A stretch of DNA of 64,000 bases from an uncultured Pseudomonadota bacterium (GCA_937880875.1 CALGRI010000380.1:19703-83702), one strand, 5' to 3'. Counted from the first letter of the stretch, positions 30,401-41,321 are shown. Translations and numbers: made by a program. Notes: generated by a model from the sequence alone, not told the origin.

Positions 30401-31348
30401 ATGAAAATACTCGTCAGCGATCCCCTTTCCAATGTGGGAATTGAAATCTTTAAAAACACACCCGGTATTGAAGTTGATGTCAAAACAGATTTAAGCCAGT
30501 CTGAACTTGAAGACATAATTGGTGTTTACCATGGGCTTTCCATTCGGAGCAAAACAAAAGTAACCGAACAAGTAATTTCCAAGGCAAAAAACCTCAAGGT
30601 TATCGGCCGGGCCGGCATTGGGCTGGATAATGTGGACATTCCAGCCGCAACCCGGGCGAATATCGCTGTAATGAATACCCCCTTTGGCAATACCATCACA
30701 ACGGCAGAACATGCCATCGCTATGATAATGGCCCTTTCCCGCAATATACCAAGGGCAACGGCAACCCTGAAAGACGGCGAATGGGAGAAAAAAAATCTTA
30801 AGGGCCGGGAAATATTTAACAAAACATTAGGGCTTGTGGGTATCGGCAACATAGGAAAGATTGTGGCAGACAGGGCCATGGGGCTTAAAATGAAAGTCAT
30901 TGGATGTGATCCATATCTGGACCCTGAAGCCATTGAAAAAATGGGAATCCGACACGTCAATTTTGATGAGATACTGGCTGAATCAGATTATATCTCCATT
31001 CACACACCTAAAACACCTGAAACCACTAATCTGTTCAATAAAGAAACCCTGTCAAGGATGAAACAGGGTGCCATGCTCATCAATTGCGCCAGGGGCGGTC
31101 TTGTCAATGAAGACGACCTTTATGAGGTTTTAAAGTCCAACCACCTTGGTGGAGCTGCCCTTGATGTATTTGCAACGGAACCTCCCGGAAAAATTAAGCT
31201 CATGGATCTGGATAATTTCATCTGCTCGCCCCACTTAGGTGCTTCCACCCATGAGGCCCAGGATAATGTGGCAAGAGACGTGGCAAACCAGATCACTGAA
31301 TACCTGTTAACAGGCAAAGCCCCCAATATTGTCAACCAGAAAAAATGA
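30401..31348 (+). CDS. serA: D-3-phosphoglycerate dehydrogenase, short form without ASB/ACT domains
   Basis: GRAGIGLDNVD, NTPFGNTITTAEH, GIGNIG, NCARGG, DVF..EP, PHLGAST.EAQ; 315 aa, ending right after the catalytic core. Confidence 0.9.
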   Translation: MKILVSDPLSNVGIEIFKNTPGIEVDVKTDLSQSELEDIIGVYHGLSIRSKTKVTEQVISKAKNLKVIGRAGIGLDNVDIPAATRANIAVMNTPFGNTITTAEHAIAMIMALSRNIPRATATLKDGEWEKKNLKGREIFNKTLGLVGIGNIGKIVADRAMGLKMKVIGCDPYLDPEAIEKMGIRHVNFDEILAESDYISIHTPKTPETTNLFNKETLSRMKQGAMLINCARGGLVNEDDLYEVLKSNHLGGAALDVFATEPPGKIKLMDLDNFICSPHLGASTHEAQDNVARDVANQITEYLLTGKAPNIVNQKK

Positions 31349-31408
31349 TTTTTTCCTAAACAGACCAGGATTAAGCATTTTTTTTAAACCCCAATAATAG
31401 GAGGAGTT

Positions 31409-32785
31409 ATGAGGACCAAAAAGTTTGTTTTATCTGATCAAGACATGCCCAGACAATGGTACAACATCATGGCAGACCTGCCCAATGGAATGGAACCCCC
31501 TCTTCATCCCGGCACGGGACAACCCTGTGGCCCTGAGGATCTTGCCCCGATTTTCCCCATGAACCTGATTGAACAGGAAGTGAGCACTCAAAGATGGATT
31601 GACATCCCTGAAGAAGTCCTGGATAAATATGCTATTTGGCGACCTTCTCCTCTTTACAGGGCATACAATCTTGAAAAAGCTCTGGACACACCGGCAAAAA
31701 TCTATTTTAAAAATGAAGGGGTAAGTCCTGCCGGCAGTCATAAACCCAACACAGCCATTGCCCAGGCCTACTATAATAAAGTTGCTGGAACTAAAAAGAT
31801 CACCACGGAAACGGGTGCAGGCCAGTGGGGCAGCGCCCTTTCAATGTGCTGTTCTTTTTTCGGCATTGAGTGCAAGGTCTTTATGGTAAAAATTTCTTAT
31901 AACCAGAAACCCTATCGCCGCCTGATGATGGAAACCTGGGGAGCCAATTGTACGGCAAGCCCCAGCAATGAAACAGCGGCCGGCCGGTCTATTTTAGAAA
32001 AATATCCGGATTCTCCGGGCAGTCTTGGCATGGCCATCAGCGAGGCAGTTGAAGCGGCAGTGGGAGATGAAAACACCAAATATGCCCTGGGCAGCGTACT
32101 CAACCATGTCATGATCCATCAGAGCATCATCGGCCTTGAAGCCAAAAAACAGATGGAAATGGCAGGAGATTATCCTGATGTCATTATCGGCAGTGCGGGC
32201 GGGGGAAGTAATTTTGCAGGCCTTTCCTTTCCCTTTGCCCTGGATAAAATAAACGGCAAAGAGATTGACATTATTGCTGTGGAACCAACATCCTGTCCTA
32301 CCCTGACCAGAGGGCCCTTTGCCTATGATTTCGGTGATACCGTCCAGATGACACCCTTGCTACCCATGCATACCCTGGGCCACAATTTTGTACCGGCTCC
32401 CATCCATGCAGGCGGGTTAAGATACCATGGCATGGCCCCACTTGTCAGCCAGCTGGTTCTGGATGGCATCGTCAGAGCGGAATCCATCCATCAAATGGAA
32501 ACCTTTAAGGCAGGCATGACCTTTGCCCGGTCTGAAGGGTATATCTCTGCTCCTGAATGCAACCATGCCGTTGCCATGACCATTCGGGAAGCCCTTAAAG
32601 CCAAAGAAGAGGGCAAGGAAAAAACCATCCTGTTTAACTGGAGCGGTCATGGCCTTGTGGATCTTGCGGCCTATGAATCTTATATGCGGGGCAATCTTTC
32701 TGACCATGAACTTCCCCAGGAACAGATTGATGCAGCACTGAAAGATATTGAACCCTTGCCCAAACCCAGACAGGCAAAAAAATAG
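31409..32785 (+). CDS. trpB2: Tryptophan synthase beta chain type 2 (TrpB2), copy 2
   Basis: Same motifs as copy 1; about 43 differences over 458 aa by manual comparison. Confidence 0.95.
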   Translation: MRTKKFVLSDQDMPRQWYNIMADLPNGMEPPLHPGTGQPCGPEDLAPIFPMNLIEQEVSTQRWIDIPEEVLDKYAIWRPSPLYRAYNLEKALDTPAKIYFKNEGVSPAGSHKPNTAIAQAYYNKVAGTKKITTETGAGQWGSALSMCCSFFGIECKVFMVKISYNQKPYRRLMMETWGANCTASPSNETAAGRSILEKYPDSPGSLGMAISEAVEAAVGDENTKYALGSVLNHVMIHQSIIGLEAKKQMEMAGDYPDVIIGSAGGGSNFAGLSFPFALDKINGKEIDIIAVEPTSCPTLTRGPFAYDFGDTVQMTPLLPMHTLGHNFVPAPIHAGGLRYHGMAPLVSQLVLDGIVRAESIHQMETFKAGMTFARSEGYISAPECNHAVAMTIREALKAKEEGKEKTILFNWSGHGLVDLAAYESYMRGNLSDHELPQEQIDAALKDIEPLPKPRQAKK

Positions 32786-32797
32786 AACCCTTACCAG

Positions 32798-32850
32798 GCA
32801 AACCCGGATGCGTCCTCTGACAAAGAAAAAGCATCCGGGTTTGCATTTTT
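32798..32850 (+). terminator. 14-bp inverted repeat with T-tract between trpB2 copy 2 and serC
   Basis: gcaaacccggatgc-N19-gcatccgggtttgc followed by attttt. Confidence 0.55.
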
Positions 32851-32882
32851 GCCCATACAACAAACCATAAGGAAATAATACC

Positions 32883-33968
32883 ATGCAAGACAGAATCCAT
32901 AACTTTAATGCCGGGCCTGCTGCATTGCCTCTGCCAGTCCTTGAAGAAATCAGAGACTCTTTTTTAAATTTTGCAGGCAGCGGCATGTCCATTACTGAGG
33001 TCAGCCACAGATCCAAATGGTTTGATGATGTTATCAATGATGCCATTGAACGTACCAAAAGACTTTTAAATCTTGATGACCAGTATAAAGTGCTTTTTTT
33101 ACAGGGTGGTGCCAGCATGCAGTTCTGCATGACCCCGCTGAATTTTCTTTCCAATGGTTCCAGTGCCGATTATATCAACACCGGGACCTGGTCAACCAAA
33201 GCCATTAAGGAAGCACAGTTGCAAAAAAAGCCCATAAAGGTTGTTGCTTCTTCTGAAGATAAAAATTTTTGTTATATTCCAAAAAATATCTCTTTTAACA
33301 AAGATGCGGTTTATGTGCATCTTACATCAAACAACACCATTAAAGGCACCCAGTTTGAGTCCCTTCCCGACACAGGCACAGTGCCCATGATCATTGATAT
33401 GTCCTCGGACTTCATGTCAAGGCCCATAGATATGAGCAAAATCGGCATGATCTATGCCGGCGCCCAGAAAAATATCGGGCCTGCAGGCGTATGCATGGTT
33501 ATTATCCGGCAGGATCTTCTGGATCTTGTACCAGACAACATCCCCTCCATGTTAAGTTACGCCACCTTTGCAAATACAAACTCCATGTATAATACACCCC
33601 CTTGTTTTGCCATTTATACCATCCAGCTGGTTATGAAATGGCTGGAAGAAACCATTGGCGGTCTTGAAAAAATGGATGCGCGAAACCGTGAAAAAGCAGA
33701 TCTGCTATACAATTTCCTGGATGCCTCAAGCTTTTACCGGGCCACGGCAGACATAGGATCGCGGTCTTTAATGAATGTCACCTTTCGCCTGCCAGATGAA
33801 ACCCTGGAAAAAACCTTTGTTGCAAAGGCCATGGAAAATGGTATGGGTGGTCTGAAAGGTCACAGAAGTGTGGGCGGATGTCGTGCGTCAATTTATAATG
33901 CCACGGGCATTGATGCCATCAAGGATCTGGTATCTTTTATGACTCAGTTTGAAAAAACGTCTGGATAA
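32883..33968 (+). CDS. serC: Phosphoserine aminotransferase
   Basis: NFNAGPA.LP, SHRS, LQGGAS.QF, DMSSD, AGAQKN.GPAG, NTPP, GHRSVGGCRASIYNA. Confidence 0.97.
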   Translation: MQDRIHNFNAGPAALPLPVLEEIRDSFLNFAGSGMSITEVSHRSKWFDDVINDAIERTKRLLNLDDQYKVLFLQGGASMQFCMTPLNFLSNGSSADYINTGTWSTKAIKEAQLQKKPIKVVASSEDKNFCYIPKNISFNKDAVYVHLTSNNTIKGTQFESLPDTGTVPMIIDMSSDFMSRPIDMSKIGMIYAGAQKNIGPAGVCMVIIRQDLLDLVPDNIPSMLSYATFANTNSMYNTPPCFAIYTIQLVMKWLEETIGGLEKMDARNREKADLLYNFLDASSFYRATADIGSRSLMNVTFRLPDETLEKTFVAKAMENGMGGLKGHRSVGGCRASIYNATGIDAIKDLVSFMTQFEKTSG

Positions 33969-33983
33969 AAATTGGTAAAAATT

Positions 33984-34065
33984 GGGGTCAGGCTTGGAAC
34001 ATAATGGGGTCAAGCTTGCGTTGTTGCGTTATTGAATAATAACACAACAACGCAAGCCTGACCCC
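33984..34065. repeat. REP-like palindromic element between convergent genes
   Basis: ggggtcaagcttgcgttgttg (from 34006) pairs with caacaacgcaagcctgacccc (to 34065), 1 mismatch; an extra half-site ggggtcaggctt starts at 33984. Confidence 0.65.
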
Positions 34066-34082
34066 TACTACCCGAACCCCAC

Positions 34083-35255
34083 TTATTTTACAGAGTCAAA
34101 AGCTTTTTTAAATCTTTCCAGGGAGCCTTGTATGGTTTTGTCCGGCACGGCATAGGAAAGTCTGAAATGGCCTGGCCCACCAAAGGCTGTTCCTGGAACA
34201 GCAAGAATGTTCTGTTCCTTTAAAATGTTCACAAATTTAATGTCATCTTTAATGGGGCTTTTGGGAAACAGGTAAAACGCGCCATCTGGCACGTCAAATT
34301 CATACCCTGCCCCATGAAGGCCTTTACAAAACATATCCCGCCGTTTTTTATAAATATTGATATCCACTGTAACTCCCTGGAGCTGTCCCACCACCTGCTG
34401 GAAAAGAGCGGGCGCATTCACATACATCATGGTATTGGTCACTCCTGTAGCCCCTGCAATGATGGCTGCATCTTCGGCTTTGGGATGAATGGCAAGATAC
34501 CCGATTCGTTCTCCTGCAAGCGACAATTCCTTGGAATAGGATGTCAGCACAATGGTATGGGGATAAACATCAAACATGCACGGGACCTCAACACCATAGA
34601 CAATCTTTCTATAAGGTTCATCAGAAATCAGGTAGATCCGTTTGCCAAATTTTTGACTGGCAGCTTCAAGTATCTTTCCTAACCCCATAAGTTCTTCTCG
34701 GGTATAAACAGCACCGGTCGGATTATTGGGTGAATTGATCAACATGACCCTTGTATTTTTGGTAATGGCGTTTTCAATGGCATCAAGATTCAGGTGAAAA
34801 TCGGGAAAAGATTTCACGGTTTTTAAGTTTGCACCGGCAACAAAAGCATACTGGTTATACCCGACAAAATAGGGTGCCGGCGTAAGAATATCTTCTCCCG
34901 GATTTAACAATGCCCGCAAGGTATCATTCAAAGCTCCTGCCGCACCAGCAGTCATCACAACAAGGTCTGCTGTAAGCCCCACATTGTATTCTTTGTTTAA
35001 ATAATCTGCCACTGCCTGCCTTACATGGGGATATCCTGAATTGGGCATATACCCGTGGGAGGTGGTCTTGCTGTTTATCAATTCAATCAAAGCATTTTTT
35101 ACCGCTGCCGGCGGGGGAACATCCGGGTTGCCAAGGGAAAAATCAAATACATTATCAAGCCCGTATTTTTCCCTCATTTTAATCCCTTCTTCAAACATCC
35201 TCCGGATCATGGATGCGGCTTCAACCATTTTAACCATTTTATCTGCAATCGGCAT
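34083..35255 (-). CDS. PLP-dependent class I/II (aspartate-type) aminotransferase
   Basis: DFSLGNP, NSPNNPTG, SDEPY, SYSKELSLAGERIGY. Confidence 0.93.
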   Translation of the reverse strand: MPIADKMVKMVEAASMIRRMFEEGIKMREKYGLDNVFDFSLGNPDVPPPAAVKNALIELINSKTTSHGYMPNSGYPHVRQAVADYLNKEYNVGLTADLVVMTAGAAGALNDTLRALLNPGEDILTPAPYFVGYNQYAFVAGANLKTVKSFPDFHLNLDAIENAITKNTRVMLINSPNNPTGAVYTREELMGLGKILEAASQKFGKRIYLISDEPYRKIVYGVEVPCMFDVYPHTIVLTSYSKELSLAGERIGYLAIHPKAEDAAIIAGATGVTNTMMYVNAPALFQQVVGQLQGVTVDINIYKKRRDMFCKGLHGAGYEFDVPDGAFYLFPKSPIKDDIKFVNILKEQNILAVPGTAFGGPGHFRLSYAVPDKTIQGSLERFKKAFDSVK

Positions 35256-35310
35256 GAGGATTTTCCTTTCAAAATTAGAATTTAAAATTTCTTACCATAC
35301 ATCAAATGTT

Positions 35311-35892
35311 TTAAGATGAAAATACCCCTTTAAAAAAGGAGTTGTTACTTTTTTGAATACAATCTTTCATCTGTCTTACATATTCTGGTCTTACCTCATC
35401 TTTCCAGCGAGGATACCCGCCCTGCCATACATACCGGATCAATTCATGAAATACAATTTTATCAAACAGATAGGAACCAATTTTGGCCTGGCAGTCCTTA
35501 TAAATCTCAATGGAAATATCTTTAATGGCTGAAAAGGGTTCAATATGAGATCTCACAATTTCCCGGGTTTTAAATCCATCTGGATTCTGCTTAAACGCTT
35601 CAGGATCTTCTGGAAAAGGAAATAGAGTATATAGTTTTCCGATAAACCCGGTAAACCTGATCCCGTGGATGGCCCCCATCAAATCCCCGATATCATTGGG
35701 ATCAGCTATATAATAAACCGGGTGCTCGAACCTTTTTATCCCGGAATCATCCTCTTTTGCCATCTCAATAACCCTTCGGCAGAAATCATCTGCAAAAAAG
35801 AAATACTTTTCCAATAACAGCATATCTGACTCAATATTAAAAAAACCAAAAGCAATATTTCCATGACTTTTGGATCTAAAGGATAATGGCAT
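35311..35892 (-). CDS. Hypothetical protein
   Basis: 193-aa ORF with a GGAG RBS filling an intergenic gap; no family recognised. Confidence 0.7.
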   Translation of the reverse strand: MPLSFRSKSHGNIAFGFFNIESDMLLLEKYFFFADDFCRRVIEMAKEDDSGIKRFEHPVYYIADPNDIGDLMGAIHGIRFTGFIGKLYTLFPFPEDPEAFKQNPDGFKTREIVRSHIEPFSAIKDISIEIYKDCQAKIGSYLFDKIVFHELIRYVWQGGYPRWKDEVRPEYVRQMKDCIQKSNNSFFKGVFSS

Positions 35893-36083
35893 CTAATTGC
35901 TCCTTATTATATTTTCTCCCCCTATTGCTGGTAAAAACCAGTTTTAACAAGTCCAAGTGTACACAATTTTGAAAAAATCTCAAACCTAAGTTTTTCTTTA
36001 ACTTGACGCTGGTCTGCAAATCTAATACTCATTAACTATTAAATATTTGAACAGGGAACAGGATGTATAAAGGATAGAACCTG

Positions 36084-37082
36084 ATGAAAAAAAGAATACT
36101 TGTGTCAAGACAATTTCCTGATGCAGGAATAAGCCTGCTTAAAAAAGAGGATTTTCTTCTCACAATATGGGAAAAGCAAAGACCCATGACACAGAATGAA
36201 CTCATTGAGCAGGCAAAGAGCCATGATGCAATACTGTGCACCCTCACTGACAGGATTGACAAACATTTTCTGGAACAATGCAGCCTTCTTGAAATCATCT
36301 CTCAATTTGCCGTGGGCTATGATAATATTGATATTGACATGGCCACCCGTTTGGGCATTCCTGTCGGGTTTACACCGGATGCCATGAGCGAAGCAACGGC
36401 CGATATTGCCTTTGGCCTGATGATCGCAGTTGCAAGGAAAATGTTTTTTCTGCATAAAACCATTATCAAAGGCCAGTGGGGATATTTCAATCCAACGGGA
36501 AACCTTGGCATTGAATTAAAAAATAAAACCTTAGGGATTTTCGGGCTTGGCCGGATCGGCGTTAAAATGGCCCAACGCTGTAAAAATGCATATAATATGG
36601 ATATTATTTATCATAACAGAACCAGGGATAAGGATGCTGAAAAACTGCTAAATGCAAGCTATGTCGAATTTGACGATCTTCTCTCAAAAAGCGATGTGCT
36701 TTCGGTTCATTGCGCATTGACAAAAGAGACAAAAGAGATTTTCAATGGCACGGCCTTTAAAAAAATGAAGCCTTCGGCAATTTTTATTAATACTGCAAGA
36801 GGCCCTATCCATCATGAAAAAGATCTGGCCCATGCCCTGCAAAAGGGTGATATCTGGGGAACGGGCCTTGATGTGACAAATCCTGAACCCATGCAACAGG
36901 ATAACCCGCTTCTCTCCATGGAAAATGCCTGCATTCTTCCCCATGTGGGATCAGGAACAATAGAGGCAAGGAACCAGATGTCTGTGCTGGCTGCCACAAA
37001 TATCATCCAGTTTTATAAAAACCGGCAGGTGCCGCATATAGTCAATCCAGAGGTATTGGAACACTTGATTCCTGAAACATAA
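36084..37082 (+). CDS. D-2-hydroxyacid dehydrogenase (glyoxylate/hydroxypyruvate reductase type)
   Basis: [40 protein letters not shown]. Confidence 0.92.
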   Translation: MKKRILVSRQFPDAGISLLKKEDFLLTIWEKQRPMTQNELIEQAKSHDAILCTLTDRIDKHFLEQCSLLEIISQFAVGYDNIDIDMATRLGIPVGFTPDAMSEATADIAFGLMIAVARKMFFLHKTIIKGQWGYFNPTGNLGIELKNKTLGIFGLGRIGVKMAQRCKNAYNMDIIYHNRTRDKDAEKLLNASYVEFDDLLSKSDVLSVHCALTKETKEIFNGTAFKKMKPSAIFINTARGPIHHEKDLAHALQKGDIWGTGLDVTNPEPMQQDNPLLSMENACILPHVGSGTIEARNQMSVLAATNIIQFYKNRQVPHIVNPEVLEHLIPET

Positions 37083-37095
37083 TAAAGGATTTCCC

Positions 37096-37605
37096 ATGAA
37101 TCTAGATATTTTTAAAACCATGAGCAAAAAAGAGCTTCAGGCCTATATTGAATTTCTCTTATGGAACTACAGGGTCATGGATGCATTCTGGTTTATCAAG
37201 ATTGCTGAAAACTTTGATCAGTCAACGGCAGAAAAAATCAATGAACAGGTCTGGGACAAGGTTGCAAGCTATGCTGCCAAGGATCTCAAGGAAAAATTCA
37301 ATATTTCTGAAAAAGGCCTTACAGGGTTTGTCCAGGCATTAAAATTATTTCCCTGGTGTATTCTTGTGGGCTACAATTTTGTGGAAAAAAAAGATAAGGT
37401 GATCATCGAAGTGCCCTCATGCCCAGCCCAACAGGCCCGTCTCGACCGGGGCCAGGGCGAATATGTCTGCAAACACATGCACATGAAAGAATTTGCCAGC
37501 TTTGCCAGAGCCATTGATGAGCGCATTATTGTAGAATGTATGTTTGCACCGCCAGACCCCCATCCAGATGACATGTTCTGCAAATGGCGGTTTACCCTAA
37601 AATAA
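37096..37605 (+). CDS. DUF6125-like protein (Cys-containing)
   Basis: D..WF, CP.Q.AR, Y.CK, ID.RI.VEC..APPD.HP....C.W.F. Confidence 0.65.
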   Translation: MNLDIFKTMSKKELQAYIEFLLWNYRVMDAFWFIKIAENFDQSTAEKINEQVWDKVASYAAKDLKEKFNISEKGLTGFVQALKLFPWCILVGYNFVEKKDKVIIEVPSCPAQQARLDRGQGEYVCKHMHMKEFASFARAIDERIIVECMFAPPDPHPDDMFCKWRFTLK

Positions 37606-37746
37606 ACTTCGGAGGGGTCTGAAAAAAAAATTAGGTGGTGGTTTTTGGATAAATTTCTTGATTTCTTTTCATTTTTTATTGTATTCAATGAAAAGCCTAA
37701 AAGTTTTTCCTCATTGATCAAGACAAAAGATAAATAAAGGGGTGAC

Positions 37747-38001
37747 TTGATGCTTGACAACAGATCATTAACCGGACGGTATTTCGGTCTTTTCTTGTTC
37801 GGTCTTTTCCTGTTTTGCTATCCTGTTTTGACTATATTCAATCTGCCGATTAGTTTGTTTGGAATTCCTTTGTTGTTTTTCTATATATTCACTGCCTGGT
37901 CTGTATTGATTGTTTTCATTATTTTTTGTGGGAAAATTCCAGATACGATCCATTCATCAGAACCAGATACTGCCGGAAATCATTTAAAACAATCAGGTTG
38001 A
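37747..38001 (+). CDS. Small two-TM partner protein of the symporter-kinase
   Basis: Hydrophobic, GIPL..FYIF.AW; immediately upstream of the SLC5-kinase gene. Confidence 0.7.
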   Translation: MMLDNRSLTGRYFGLFLFGLFLFCYPVLTIFNLPISLFGIPLLFFYIFTAWSVLIVFIIFCGKIPDTIHSSEPDTAGNHLKQSG

Positions 38002-38045
38002 GTTAACGTTTGACAGCCTGATTAAACTTAAAAAACAGAACAACT

Positions 38046-40868
38046 ATGTTAGAACAAAAAATCATCATTTTTGTTTCTTTCGGATATATGGGACTCCTGT
38101 TTGCCATTGCCTTCTGGGGTGATAAACGGGCAGAAGCCGGTAAAAGTATTATCAGCAACCCCTATATTTATGCGTTGTCTCTGGCGGTTTATTGCACCGC
38201 CTGGACCTTCTACGGGAGTGTGGGAGCGGCAAGCCGATCAGGTGCCACAGGATTCTTAAGTATTTATCTGGGTCCCACCCTCATGATGATCCTGGGGTGG
38301 CCAATACTCAGAAAGATTATTCATATCAGCAAAATCAACCGAATTACCTCCATTGCCGATTTCATTGCCTCCCGGTACGGTAAAAGTGCCGCCATTGCCG
38401 GTGCTGTTACGATTATTGCGGTTCTCGGCATTGTGCCGTACATGTCTGTCCAGATTAAAGCCATATCAACCTCTTTTCAACTGATCAGTCAATATCCGGA
38501 CGTTTATATGGCCAAAACCGTGACCAGTCTGCCGGCCATGAAAAATACAGCATTTTTTGTGGCCATTTTACTGGCATTGTTTGCCGTAGTTTTCGGGACC
38601 CGCCATCTGGAAGCCACCGAGCGACATGAAGGGTTGGTGGCAGCCATTGCCTTTGAATCCAGTGTAAAACTGATTGCCATCATATCCGTGGGGCTTTTTA
38701 TCACCTATGGGCTTTATTCTGGATTCGGGGATCTGTTTACCCAGGCAAGCCTTGTACCACAGATAAAGCAGCTTTTTGTTATGGAGGTCAATGCATCGAC
38801 ATTTACAGGGTGGTACAATGCCCTGTTCCTGGCGATGATGGCCATATTTCTGCTTCCCCGCCAGTTCCAGGTGATTGTCGTAGAAAATGTGGATGAAAAC
38901 CATTTAAAAAAGGCGGTCTGGCTTTTCCCCTTGTATCTTCTGGCCATTAATATTTTTGTCATCCCCATTGCCTTTGGCGGTATGTTGTATTTTTTTGAAC
39001 AATGCGCATCAGATCCTGTCTGCCAACAGGAGTTGCCTCAAACATTCGGCGGTATACTGAAGTTTGCAAAAGGAACAGTGGATGCAGACTATTTTGCTCT
39101 GACGCTTTTGATGGCCAAAAAACAACAGGGTCTTGCGTTATTTGCCTTTATCGGTGGGATGTCTGCAGCAACGGGAATGGTAATTGTCGAAACCATTGCG
39201 TTGTCCACCATGGTCTGTAATGAACTGGTTATGCCGGTACTGCTTCGTCTTCCCTTTTTAAAACTGGAGCAAAAGACTGATTTGAGCCATCTGCTGTTGA
39301 TTATCCGGAGAATCAGCATCTTACTTATCGTGCTTTTAGGGTATCTTTATTTTCATTATGTGGTTGAATATTACTCTCTTGTTTCCATTGGCATGATTTC
39401 CTTTGCAGCCGTTGCCCAGTTTTGCCCGGCCGTGATCGGGGGAATCTTCTGGAAAGGGGCGACACGGCTGGGTACGCTTTGGGGATTGCTGGCAGGGTTT
39501 TTTATCTGGGTGTATACTCTGGTGCTGCCGTCACTTGCCCAGGCAGGCTTTCTTTCCCGGGAGTTGCTGACCCATGGGCCTTTTGGTATTGAATTGTTAA
39601 GCCCTATCCACCTGTTTGGCCTGGATGTTCAACATCTCGGGTTTAACCAGTATACCCATGCCGTGTTCTGGAGTATGGTTGTAAATTGTGCATTATTTAT
39701 CGGTGTGTCTCTTTTTTCGAGACAAAATGCCATGGAGCAGAAACAGGCAACCCTCTTTGTGGATGTATTCAAGTATTCAGCAGAATCGGAAAAATCATCT
39801 TTCTGGAAGGCTAGCGCATCTGTGGTGGATTTAAGAATGCTTCTTGAAAGATTTTTAGGGAAAAGCCGAATCCATGATGCCTTTTCTCTGTATGCCAGGG
39901 AACATCATATCAACTGGGAGCAGGAACTTATTGCCGATGCAGGACTGGTAAGTTATGCAGAAAAGCTGCTTGCAGGTGCTATCGGGTCTGCATCCGCCCT
40001 TGTAATGGTGCGCTCTGTCGTGGATGAAGAGCCTCTGGGAATGGATGAAATCATGCATATCCTGGACGAAACCCAGCAGATGATTATTTACAGCCAGGAA
40101 CTTGAAAAAGCAACCAGGGATCTTGAGGCAGCCAATGATCGGTTAAAAGAGCTTGACCGGCTGAAAAATGAATTTATTTCCACCGTAACCCATGAACTTA
40201 GAACCCCTTTGACCTCGGTCAGAGCATTGGCTGAAATTATTCAAAAAAGCCCTGACCTTGATGCCGAAAAACATCATAAATTTGTCGGTATCATCATCAA
40301 GGAGAGCGAAAGGCTGTCCCGGTTGATCAATGATGTGCTTGATTTTCAAAAAATTGAATCCGGCCAGATTCACTGGCAGATGACCCGGCTTGATTTTAGA
40401 GAGGTCATTGAGGACTCTGTTTTTTCAACGGGCCAGTTAATTGAAGAAAAAAAGATAGCGTTAATGCTTGATATATCTAAAAAGCCCGGTTTCGTATCAG
40501 GAGACAAAGACCGTCTGATACAGGTAATGGTGAATCTGATATCCAATGCAGTCAAATTTTGTGATCCCGATAATGGCAGAATCAAGGTCGGGATGCGGGT
40601 GGTAACCGACAAAACAGGCGATAATAAAAACAGATATTTAAAGGTTTGGGTTAAAGATAATGGTATCGGCATTGGTAAAGATGACCAGGAGATTGTTTTT
40701 CAAGAATTTCGTCAGGTCATCTCCAGGTCAAAGGGAAGACCGGGTGGAACAGGCGTTGGATTGACGATTACCAAACATATTATTGATTCCCATGACGGAA
40801 GGATATGGGTGGACAGTGAATTGAATAAAGGAGCGACTTTCTTTTTCACATTGCCTTTGGTAGACTGA
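38046..40868 (+). CDS. Sodium:solute symporter (SLC5)-histidine kinase fusion, CrbS/CbrA-like
   Basis: YALSLAVYCTAWTFYGSVG, SIADFIASRYGK, LPRQFQV.VVEN; STAC-like AEKLLAGAIGSASA; HELRTPL, NLISNAVKF, DNGIG, GTGVGL. Confidence 0.92.
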   Translation: MLEQKIIIFVSFGYMGLLFAIAFWGDKRAEAGKSIISNPYIYALSLAVYCTAWTFYGSVGAASRSGATGFLSIYLGPTLMMILGWPILRKIIHISKINRITSIADFIASRYGKSAAIAGAVTIIAVLGIVPYMSVQIKAISTSFQLISQYPDVYMAKTVTSLPAMKNTAFFVAILLALFAVVFGTRHLEATERHEGLVAAIAFESSVKLIAIISVGLFITYGLYSGFGDLFTQASLVPQIKQLFVMEVNASTFTGWYNALFLAMMAIFLLPRQFQVIVVENVDENHLKKAVWLFPLYLLAINIFVIPIAFGGMLYFFEQCASDPVCQQELPQTFGGILKFAKGTVDADYFALTLLMAKKQQGLALFAFIGGMSAATGMVIVETIALSTMVCNELVMPVLLRLPFLKLEQKTDLSHLLLIIRRISILLIVLLGYLYFHYVVEYYSLVSIGMISFAAVAQFCPAVIGGIFWKGATRLGTLWGLLAGFFIWVYTLVLPSLAQAGFLSRELLTHGPFGIELLSPIHLFGLDVQHLGFNQYTHAVFWSMVVNCALFIGVSLFSRQNAMEQKQATLFVDVFKYSAESEKSSFWKASASVVDLRMLLERFLGKSRIHDAFSLYAREHHINWEQELIADAGLVSYAEKLLAGAIGSASALVMVRSVVDEEPLGMDEIMHILDETQQMIIYSQELEKATRDLEAANDRLKELDRLKNEFISTVTHELRTPLTSVRALAEIIQKSPDLDAEKHHKFVGIIIKESERLSRLINDVLDFQKIESGQIHWQMTRLDFREVIEDSVFSTGQLIEEKKIALMLDISKKPGFVSGDKDRLIQVMVNLISNAVKFCDPDNGRIKVGMRVVTDKTGDNKNRYLKVWVKDNGIGIGKDDQEIVFQEFRQVISRSKGRPGGTGVGLTITKHIIDSHDGRIWVDSELNKGATFFFTLPLVD

Positions 40869-40932
40869 GCAAAAAAGAAATCCTGTAACCGCTCATAACA
40901 AATTATATTGTTTGCAAAATAAAGGGGGCAAA

Positions 40933-41307
40933 ATGAAAAAAAGAATCTTGATTGTTGATGATGAACCCAATATTGTCGTGCCTTTAGAATTTTTGATGCA
41001 GCAGAATAATTACGATGTGCAGACCGCAGAAACCGGGGAAAAAGCACTGGACCTGATATCGAACTGGAAGCCGGATCTTATTTTGCTGGATATTATGCTT
41101 CCGGGGATGGATGGGTATGAAGTATGCCAGAAAATCCGTCAGGAAAAAGAACTCAACCATATCAGAATCGTTTTTTTATCTGCCATGGCCCGTTCCATTG
41201 ATATTGCAAAAGGCATGGGGCTTGCTGCGGATGATTACATCACCAAACCCTTTGCTATAGATTATGTGGTAAATAAAATAAAAGAATTATTGACTGACAA
41301 TCCTTGA
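40933..41307 (+). CDS. Single-domain response regulator
   Basis: ILIVDDE, LLDIMLP.MDG, DDYITKPF. Confidence 0.93.
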   Translation: MKKRILIVDDEPNIVVPLEFLMQQNNYDVQTAETGEKALDLISNWKPDLILLDIMLPGMDGYEVCQKIRQEKELNHIRIVFLSAMARSIDIAKGMGLAADDYITKPFAIDYVVNKIKELLTDNP

Positions 41308-41321
41308 ATTGTTTATTGATG

